Shown here: positions 54,401-64,000 of the stretch, piece after piece
How the letters are laid out: each line of letters begins with the position of its first letter
Position numbering within the stretch: position 1 is the stretch's first letter
NCBI GenBank assembly: GCA_964016885.1
Contig: OZ024742.1
Location: 342,736,001 to 342,800,000, forward strand
Source: Eledone cirrhosa
Taxonomy: Eukaryota
Reading direction: 5' to 3'
DNA: 64,000 nt
Notes under the pieces: generated by a model
Told to the model about the DNA's origin: nothing
Databases searched by the model: none
What the model saw: the letters and a program-made list of their open reading frames with translations, nothing else
Made by a program: the position numbers and the translations under genes

Positions 54401-57400
54401 AGTATGTGATCTCCAGTGGTATGAAGTATGTGATCTACAGTGGTATGAAGTATGTGATCTCCAGTGGTATGAAGTATGTCAGCTCCAGTGGCATGAAGTA
54501 TGTGATCTCCTGTGGTATGAAGTATGTGATCTACAGTGGTATGAAGTATGTGATCTCCAGTGGTATGAAGTATGTGATCTACAGTGGAATGAAGTATGTA
54601 ATCTCCAGTGGTATGAAGTATGTGATCTACAGTGGTATGAAGTATGTGATCTCCAGTGGTATGAAGTATGTGATCTACAGTGTTATGAAGTATGTAATCT
54701 CCAGTGGTATGAAGTATGTGATCTGCAGTGGTATGAAGTATGTGATCTCCAGTGGTATGAAGTATGTCAGCTCCAGTGGTATGAAGTATGTGATCTCCTG
54801 TGGTATGAAGTATGTTAGCTCCAGTGGTATGAAGTGTGTGATCTCCAGTGGTATGAAGTATGTCAGCTCCTCTGGTATGAAGTATGTGATCTCCAGTGGT
54901 ATGATGTATGTGATCTCCTGTGGTATGAAGTATGTGATCCCCAGTGGTATGAAGTATGTGTCTCCAGTGGTATGAAGTATGTGATCTACAGTGGTATGAA
55001 GTATGTGATATCCTGTGGTATGAAGTATGTGATCTACAGTGGTATGAAGTATGTGATCTCCAGTGGTATGAAGTATGTGATATCCTGTGGTATGAAGTAT
55101 GTGATATCCAGTGGTATGAAGTATGTGATCTTCAGTGGTATGAAGTATGTGATCTTCAGTGGTATGAAGTATGTGATCTACAGTGGTATGAAGTATGTAA
55201 TCTCCAGTGGTATGAAGTATGTGATCTACAGTGGTATGAAGTATGTGATCTACAGTGGTATTAAGTATGTGATCTACAGTGGTATGAAGTATGTGATCTC
55301 CAGTGGTATGAAGTATGTAATCTACAGTGGTATGAAGTATGTGATCTCCAGTGGTATGAAGTATGTGATCTCATGTGGTATGAAATATGTCAGCTCCAGT
55401 GGTATGAAGTATGTGATCTCCAGTGTTATGAAGTATGTGATCTCCAGTGGTATTAAATATGTGATCTACAGTGGTATGAAGTATGTGATCTCCAGTGGTA
55501 TGAAGTATGTGATCTCCAGTGGTATGAAGTATGTGATCTCCAGTGGTATGAAGTATGTGATCTCCAGTGGTATGAAGTATGTGATATCCTGTGGTATGAA
55601 GCATGTGATCTCCAGTGGTATGAAGTATGTCAGCTCCAGTGGTATGAAGTATGTGATCTCCAGTGGTATGAAATATGTGATCTTCAGTGGTATGAAGTAT
55701 GTTAGCTCCAGTGGTATGAAGTATGTGATCTACAGTGGTATGAAGTATGTCAGCTCCAGTGGTATGAAGTATGTGATCTCCAGTGGTATGAAGTATGTGA
55801 TCTCCTGTGGTATGGAGTATGTGATCTACAGTGGTATGAAGTATGTGATCTACAGTGGTATGAAGTATGTGATCTACAGTGGTATGAAATATGTGATCTC
55901 CAGTGGTATGAAGTATGTCAGCTCCAGTGGTATGAAGTATGTGATCTACAGTGGTATGAAGTATGTGATCTCCAGTGGTATGAAGTATGTGATCTCCAGT
56001 AGTATGAAGTATGTGATCTCCAGTGGTATGAAGTATGTGATCTCCAGTGTTATGAAGTATGTGATCTCCATTGGTATGAAGTATGTGATCTACAGTGGTA
56101 TGAAGTATGTCAGCTCCAGTGGTATGAAGTATGTGATCTACAGTGGTATGAAGTATGTGATCTACAGTGGTATGAAGTATGTGATCTCCAGTGGTCTGAA
56201 GTATGTCAGCTCCAGTGGTATGAAGTATATGATCTACAGTGGTATGAAGTATGTGATCTACAGTGGTATGAAGTATGTGATCTACAGTGGTATGAAGTAT
56301 GTCAGCTCCAGTTGTATGACGTATGTGATCTACAGTGGTATGAAGTATGTAATCTACAGTGGTATGAAGTATGTGATCTCCAGTGGTATGAAGTATGTGA
56401 TCTCCTGTCGTATGAAATATGTCAGCTCCAGTGGTATGAAGTATGTGATCTCCAGTGGTATGAAATTTGTGATCTACAGTGGTATGAAGTATGTGATCTC
56501 CAGTGGTATGAAGTATGTGATCTCCAGTGATATGAAATATGTGATCTCCAGTGGTATGAAGTATGTGATCCCCAGTGGTATGAAGTATGTCATATCCTGT
56601 GGTATGAAGTATGTGATCTACAGTGGTATGAAGTATGTGATCTCCAGTGGTATGAAGTATGTGATATCCAGTGATATGAAGTATGTGATCTACAGTGGTA
56701 TGAAGTATGTCAGCTCCAGTGGTATGAAGTATGTGATCTCCTGTGGTATGAAGTATGTGATCTACAGTGGTATGAAGTATGTGATCTCCAGTGGTATGAA
56801 GTATGTGATCTACAGTGGTATGAAGTATGTGATCTCCTGTGGTATGAAGTATGTGATCTCCAGTGGTATGAAGTATGTCAGCTCCAGTGGTATGAAGTAT
56901 GTGATCTCCAGTGGTATGAAGTATGTGATATCCAGTGGTATGAAGTATGACAGCTCCAGTGGTATGAAGTATGTGATCTCCTGTGGTATGAAGTATGTGA
57001 TCTACAGTGGTATGAAGTATGTGATCTCCAGTGGTATGAAGTATGTGATCTACAGTGGTATGAAGTATGTAATCTCCAGTGGTATGAAGTATGTGATCTC
57101 CAGTGGTATGAAGTATGTGATCTACAGTGGTATGAAGTATGTGATCTCCAGTGGTATGAAGTATGTCAGCTCCAGTGGTATGAAGTATGTGATCTCCTGT
57201 GGTATGAAGTATGTGATCTACAGTGGTATGAAGTATGTGATCTCCAGTGGTATGAAGTGTGTGATCTACAGTGGAATGAAGTATGTAATCTCCAGTGGTA
57301 TGAAGTATGTGATCTACAGTGGTATGAAGTATGTGATCTCCAGTGATATGAAGTATGTGATCTACAGTGGTATGAAGTATGTAATCTCCAGTGGTATGAA

Positions 57401-60400
57401 GTATGTGATCTGCAGTGGTATGAAGTTTGTGATCTCCAGTGGTATGAAGTATGTCAGCTCCAGTGGTATGAAGTATGTGATCTCCTGTGGTATGAAGTAT
57501 GTTAGCTCCAGTGGTATGAAGTGTGTGATCTCCAGTGGTATGAAGTATGTCAGCTCCTCTGGTATGAAGTATGTGATCTCCAGTGGTATGAAGTATGTGA
57601 TCTCCTGTGGTATGAAGTATGTGATCCCCAGTGGTATGAAGTATGTGTCTCCAGTGGTATGAAGTATGTGATCTACAGTGGTATGAAGTATGTGATATCC
57701 TGTGGTATGAAGTATGTGATCTACAGTGGTATGAAGTATGTGATCTCCAGTGGTATGAAGTATGTGATCTACAGTGGTATGAAGTATGTGATCTCCAGTG
57801 GTATGAAGTATGTGATAACCTGTGGTATGAAGTATGTGATATCCTGTGGTATGAAGTATGTGATCTACAGTGGTATGAAGTATGTGATCTCCAGTGGTAT
57901 GAAGTATGTGATAACCTGTGGTATGAAGTATGTGATATCCTGTGGTATGAAGTATGTGATCTACAGTGGTATGAAGTATGTGATCTCCAGTGGTATGAAG
58001 TATGTGATATCCTGTGGTATGAAGTATGTGATATCCAGTGGTATGAAGTATGTGATCTCCAGTGGTATGAAGTATGTGATCTCCTGTGGTATGAAATATG
58101 TCAGCTCCAGTGGTATGAAGTATGTGATCTCCAGTGGTATGAAGTATGTGATCTCCAGTGGTATGAAATATGTGATCTACAGTGGTATGAAGTATGTGAT
58201 CTCCAGTGGTATGAAGTATGTGATCTCCAGTGGTATGAAGTATGTGATCTCCAGTGGTATGAAGTATGTGATCTCCAGTGGTATGAAGTATGTGATATCC
58301 TGTGGTATGAAGTATGTGATCTCCAGTGGTATGAAGTATGTCAGCTCCAGTGGTATGAAGTATGTGATCTCCAGTGGTATGAAATATGTGATCTACAGTG
58401 GTATGAAGTATGTTAGCTCCAGTGGTATGAAGTATGTGATCTACAGTGGTATGAAGTATGTGATCTACAGTGGTATGAAGTATGTCAGCTCCAGTGGTAT
58501 GAAGTATGTGATCTCCACTGGTATGAAGTATGTGATCTACAGTGGTATGAAGTATGTGATCTCCAGTGGTATGAAGTATGTGATCTACAGTGGTATGAAG
58601 TATGTAATCTCCAGTGGTATGAAGTATGTGATCTCCAGTGGTATGAAGTATGTGATCTACAGTGGTATGAAGTATGTGATCTCCAGTGGTATGAAGTATG
58701 TCAGCTCCAGTGGTATGAAGTATGTGATCTCCTGTGGTATGAAGTATGTGATCTACAGTGGTATGAAGTATGTGATCTCCAGTGGTATGAAGTATGTGAT
58801 CTACAGTGGAATGAAGTATGTAATCTCCAGTGGTATGAAGTATGTGATCTACAGTGGTATGAAGTATGTGATCTCCAGTGGTATGAAGTATGTCAGCTCC
58901 AGTGGTATGAAGTATGTGATCTACTGTGGTATGAAGTATGTGATCTACAGTGGTATGAAGTATGTGATCTCCAGTGGTATGAAGTATGTGATCTACAGTG
59001 GTATGAAGTATGTGATCTACAGTGGTATGAAATATGTGATCTCCAGTGGTATGAAGTATGTGATCTACAGTGGTATGAAGTATGTGATATCCTGTGGTAT
59101 GAAGTATGTGATCTCCAGTGGTATGAAGTATGTCAGCTCCAGTGGTATGAAGGATGTGATCTCCTGTGGTATGAAGTATGTGATCTACAGTGGTATGAAG
59201 TATGTGATCTCCAGTGGTATGAAGTATGTGATCTACAGTGGTATAAAGTATGTGATATCCTGTGGTATGAAGTATGTGATCTCCAGTGGTATGAAGTATG
59301 TGATCTCCAGTGGTATGAAGTATGTGATCTCCAGTGGTATGAAGTATGTGATCTACAGTGGTATGAAGTATGTGATCTACAGTGGTATGAAGTATGTGAT
59401 ATCCTGTGGTATGAAGTATGTGATCTAGAGTGGTATGAAGTATGTGATCTCCAGTGGTATGAAGTATGTGATCTCCAGTGGTATGAAGTGTGTGATCTCC
59501 AGTGGTATGAAGTATGTGATCTCCAGTGGTATAAAGTATGTGATCTCCAGTGGTATGAGGTATGTCAGCTCCAGTGGTATGAAGTATGTGAAATCATGTG
59601 GTATGAAGTATGTGATCTACAGTGGTATGAAGTATGTGATCTCCAGTGGTATGAAGTATGTGATCTACAGTGGTATGAAGTATGTCAGCTCCAGTGGTAT
59701 GAAGTATGTGATCTCCAGTGGTATGAAGTATGTGATCTCCAGTGGTATGAAGTATGTCAGCTCCAGTGGTATGAAGTATGTGATCTCCAGTGGTATGAAG
59801 TATGTGATCTCCGGTGGTATGAAGTATGTCAGCTCCAGTGGTATGAAGTATGTGATCTCCAGTGGTATGAAGTATGTCAGCTCCTCTGGTATGAAGTATG
59901 TGATCTCCAGTGGTATGAAGTATGTCATCTCCTGTGGTATGAAGTATGTGATCCCCAGTGGTATGAAGTATGTGTCTCCAGTGGTATGAAGTATGTGATC
60001 TACAGTGGTATGAAGTATGTGATATCCTGTGGTATGAAGTATGTGATCTACAGTGGTATGAAGTATGTGATCTCCAGTGGTATGAAGTATGTGATCTACA
60101 GTGGTATGAAGTATGTGATCTCCAGTGGTATGAAGTATGTGATAACCTGTGGTATGAAGTATGTGATATCCTGTGGTATGAAGTACGTGATCTACAGTGG
60201 TATGAAGTATGTGATCTCCAGTGGTATGAAGTATGTGATAACCTGTGGTATGAAGTATGTGATATCCTGTGGTATGAAGTATGTGATCTACAGTGGTATG
60301 AAGTATGTGATCTCCAGTGGTATGAAGTATGTGATATCCTGTGGTATGAAGTATGTGATATCCAGTGGTATGAAGTATGTGATCTTCAGTGGTATGAAGT

Positions 60401-63400
60401 ATGTGATCTTCAGTGGTATGAAGTATGTGATCTACAGTGGTATGAAGTATGTAATCTCCAGTGGTATGAAGTATGTGATCTACAGTGGTATGAAGTATGT
60501 GATCTACAGTGGTATTAAGTATGTGATCTACAGTGGTATGAAGTATGTGATCTCCAGTGGTATGAAGTATGTAATCTACAGTGGTATGAAGTATGTGATC
60601 TCCAGTGGTATGAAGTATGTGATCTCCTGTGGTATGAAATATGTCAGCTCCAGTGGTATGAAGTATGTGATCTCCAGTGTTATGAAGTATGTGATCTCCA
60701 GTGGTATGAAATATGTGATCTACAGTGGTATGAACTATGTGATCTCCAGTGGTATGAAGTATGTGATCTCCAGTGGTATGAAGTATGTGATCTCCAGTGG
60801 TATGAAGTATGTGATCTCCAGTGGTATGAAGTATGTGATATCCTGTGGTATGAAGCATGTGATCTCCAGTGGTATGAAGTATGTCAGCTCCAGTGGTATG
60901 AAGTATGTGATCTCCAGTGGTATGAAATATGTGATCTACAGTGGTATGAAGTATGTTAGCTCCAGTGGTATGAAGTATGTGATCTACAGTGGTATGAAGT
61001 ATGTCAGCTCCAGTGGTATGAAGTATGTGATCTCCAGTGGTATGAAGTATGTGATCTCCTGTGGTATGAAGTATGTGATCTACAGTGGTATGAAGTATGT
61101 GATCTACAGTGGTATGAAGTATGTGATCTACAGTGGTATGAAGTATGTGATCTACAGTGGTATGAAATATGTGATCTCCAGTGGTATGAAGTATGTCAGC
61201 TCCAGTGGTATGAAGTATGTGATCTACAGTGGTATGAAGTATGTGATCTCCAGTGGTATGAAGTATGTGATCTCCAGTGGTATGAAGTATGTGATCTCCA
61301 GTGGTATGAAGTATGTGATCTCCAGTGTTATGAAGTATGTGATCTCCATTGGTATGAAGTATGTGATCTACAGTGGTATGAAGTATGTCAGCTCCAGTGG
61401 TATGAAGTATGTGATCTACAGTGGTATGAAGTATGTGATCTACAGTGGTATGAAGTATGTGATCTCCAGTGGTCTGAAGTATGTCAGCTCCAGTGGTATG
61501 AAGTATATGATCTACAGTGGTATGAAGTATGTGATCTACAGTGGTATGAAGTATGTGATCTACAGTGGTATGAAGTATGTCAGCTCCAGTTGTATGACGT
61601 ATGTGATCTACAGTGGTATGAAGTATGTAATCTACAGTGGTATGAAGTATGTGATCTCCAGTGGTATGAAGTATGTGATCTCCTGTCGTATGAAATATGT
61701 CAGCTCCAGTGGTATGAAGTATGTGATCTCCAGTGGTATGAAGTATGTGATCTCCAGTGGTATGAAATTTGTGATCTACAGTGGTATGAAGTATGTGATC
61801 TCCAGTGGTATGAAGTATGTGATCTCCAGTGATATGAAATATGTGATCTCCAGTGGTATGAAGTATGTGATCTCCAGTGGTATGAAGTATGTCATATCCT
61901 GTGGTATGAAGTATGTGATCTACAGTGGTATGAAGTATGTGATCTCCAGTGGTATGAAGTATGTGATATCCAGTGGTATGAAGTATGTGATCTACAGTGG
62001 TAAGAAGTATGTCAGCTCCAGTGGTATGAAGTATGTGATCTCCTGTGGTATGAAGTATGTGATCTACAGTGGTATGAAGTATGTGATCTCCAGTGGTATG
62101 AAGTATGTGATCTACAGTGGTATGAAGTATGTGATCTCCTGTGGTATGAAGTATGTGATCTCCAGTGGTATGAAGTATGTCAGCTCCAGTGGTATGAAGT
62201 ATGTGATCTCCAGTGGTATGAAGTATGTGATATCCAGTGGTATGAAGTATGACAGCTCCAGTGGTATGAAGTATGTGATCTCCTGTGGTATGAAGTATGT
62301 GATCTACAGTGGTATGAAGTATGTGATCTCCAGTGGTATGAAGTATGTGATCTACAGTGGTATGAAGTATGTAATCTCCAGTGGTATGAAGTATGTGATC
62401 TCCAGTGGTATGAAGTATGTGATCTACAGTGGTATGAAGTATGTGATCTCCAGTGGTATGAAGTATGTCAGCTCCAGTGGTATGACGTATGTGATCTCCT
62501 GTGGTATGAAGTATGTGATCTACAGTGGTATGAAGTATGTGATCTCCAGTGGTATGAAGTGTGTGATCTACAGTGGAATGAAGTATGTAATCTCCAGTGG
62601 TATGAAGTATGTGATCTACAGTGGTATGAAGTATGTGATCTCCAGTGATATGAAGTATGTGATCTACAGTGGTATGAAGTATGTAATCTCCAGTGGTATG
62701 AAGTATGTGATCTGCAGTGGTATGAAGTATGTGATCTCCAGTGGTATGAAGTATGTCAGCTCCAGTGGTATGAAGTATGTGATCTCCTGTGGTATGAAGT
62801 ATGTTAGCTCCAGTGGTATGAAGTGTGTGATCTCCAGTGGTATGAAGTATGTCAGCTCCTCTGGTATGAAGTATGTGATCTCCAGTGGTATGAAGTATGT
62901 GATCTCCTGTGGTATGAAGTATGTGATCCCCAGTGGTATGAAGTATGTGTCTCCAGTGGTATGAAGTATGTGATCTACAGTGGTATGAAGTATGTGATAT
63001 CCTGTGGTATGAAGTATGTGATCTACAGTGGTATGAAGTATGTGATCTCCAGTGGTATGAAGTATGTGATCTACAGTGGTATGAAGTATGTGATCTCCAG
63101 TGGTATGAAGTATGTGATAACCTGTGGTATGAAGTATGTGATATCCTGTGGTATGAAGTATGTGATCTACAGTGGTATGAAGTATGTGATCTCCAGTGGT
63201 ATGAAGTATGTGATAACCTGTGGTATGAAGTATGTGATATCCTGTGGTATGAAGTATGTGATCTACAGTGGTATGAAGTATGTGATCTCCAGTGGTATGA
63301 AGTATGTGATATCCTGTGGTATGAAGTATGTGATATCCAGTGGTATGAAGTATGTGATCTTCAGTGGTATGAAGTATGTGATCTACAGTGGTATGAAGTA

Positions 63401-64000
63401 TGTAATCTCCAGTGGTATGAAGTATGTGATCTACAGTGGTATGAAGTATGTTATCTACAGTGGTATGAAGTATGTGATCTACAGTGGTATGAAGTATGTG
63501 ATCTCCAGTGGTATGAAGTATGTAATCTACAGTGGTATGAAGTATGTGATCTCCAGTGGTATGAAGTATGTGATCTCCTGTGGTATGAAATATGTCAGCT
63601 CCAGTGGTATGAAGTATGTGATCTCCAGTGGTATGAAGTATGTGATCTCCAGTGGTATGAAATATGTGATCTACAGTGGTATGAAGTATGTGATCTCCAG
63701 TGGTATGAAGTATGTGATCTCCAGTGGTATGAAGTATGTGATCTCCAGTGGTATGAAGTATGTGATCTCCAGTGGTATGAAGTATGTGATATCCTGTGGT
63801 ATGAAGTATGTGATCTCCAGTGGTATGAAGTATGTCAGCTCCAGTGGTATGAAGTATGTTAGCTCCAGTGGTATGAAGTATGTGATCTACAGTGGTATGA
63901 AGTATGTCAGCTCCAGTGGTATGAAGTATGTGATCTCCAGTGGTATGAAGTATATGATCTCCTGTGGTATGAAGTATGTGATCTACAGTGGTATGAAGTA
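51470..64000. repeat. More diverged set of ~2.3-3.0-kb units related at offsets ~2.7, ~5.3 and ~7.9 kb
   Basis: ORF pairs 52030/59970 and 53650/61590 (7940), 56312/61590 (5278), ends 57662/62964 (5302), ends 54975/57662 (2687). TATGACAGC is shared only by ~56946 and ~62248. Confidence 0.82.

Larger units (their letters stand above)
1..64000. repeat. Tandem satellite/minisatellite array, 24-bp monomer ATGAAGTATGTGATCT(C/A)CAGTGGT, ~2,670 copies, extends beyond both window edges
   Basis: Every line consists of this monomer or a variant with 1-3 substitutions or a short indel. The ORF track shows an 8-aa period throughout. No inversions or non-repeat inserts were seen. Copy number is 64000/24. 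Confidence 0.99.

Noticed and set aside
1142-60858. - strand His-rich ORFs (HILHTTGD repeats) as metal-binding or zinc-finger-like proteins
   Set aside because: Their starts depend on a rare AAGCAT variant, they shift into another frame at deletions, and they have no Cys pattern or 28-aa C2H2 period.
9-63862. Long + strand ORFs (up to 1158 aa) of MKYVISSG and WYEVCDLQ repeats as genes
   Set aside because: They follow from a stop-free 24-bp unit. ORFs switch frames at deletions, stops and frameshifts are copied through duplications, and there are no unique termini, domains or flanking signals. Common variants are not preferentially synonymous.
1-64000. CRISPR-like repeat-spacer array (constant 16 bp plus variable 8 bp)
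   Set aside because: The variable parts are only 8 bp and are point variants of one sequence rather than unique spacers. No leader or cas genes are present.
1-64000. Telomerase-made long telomeric repeat, as in budding yeasts with 23-25-bp G/T-rich units
   Set aside because: Unit length and strand skew are superficially similar. However, multi-kb duplicated variant patterns indicate recombinational amplification rather than templated addition, and 64 kb far exceeds such telomeres. A subtelomeric location is not excluded.
1-64000. Dense GATC (Dam/Sau3AI) sites and palindromes GATC, AGCT, GATATC as regulatory or iteron signals
   Set aside because: Four- to six-base palindromes in an amplified monomer are expected by chance. 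Nothing indicates a bacterial or plasmid context, and no longer hairpin is evident.
1-64000. Whole window as a sequencing or rolling-circle artefact or synthetic concatemer
   Set aside because: Hierarchically shared rare variants with copy-specific differences fit natural evolution. Only individual duplications, especially the 3454-bp one, remain suspect.

Overview
The whole 64 kb window is one head-to-tail tandem array of a 24-bp monomer, consensus ATGAAGTATGTGATCT(C/A)CAGTGGT, about 2,670 copies, all in the same orientation. I saw no unique sequence, gene, RNA gene, transposon or array edge. It reads as minisatellite/satellite DNA, most likely eukaryotic; the organism and satellite family cannot be identified from the sequence alone. 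All ORFs in the track (MKYVISSG, WYEVCDLQ, HILHTTGD, PLEITYFI repeats) arise because 24 is a multiple of 3. They are broken by propagated frameshifts and stops, so I do not call them genes. The interesting content is in the order of monomer variants. (1) A near-invariant ~16-bp core alternates with an ~8-bp variable segment that uses a few linked alleles. (2) A 5-monomer landmark cassette recurs 20 times in two subtypes, pointing to an eroded ~2.7-kb / ~5.2-kb higher-order repeat. (3) Nested duplications of about 0.36, 0.43, 0.72, 2.0, 2.3, 3.45, 4.1, 5.2, 7.9 and 14.6 kb can be partly ordered in time from shared rare variants. Block boundaries were read by eye from marker variants and ORF-track offsets, so they are approximate to within a few monomers. 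I found no support for a novel protein-coding system.
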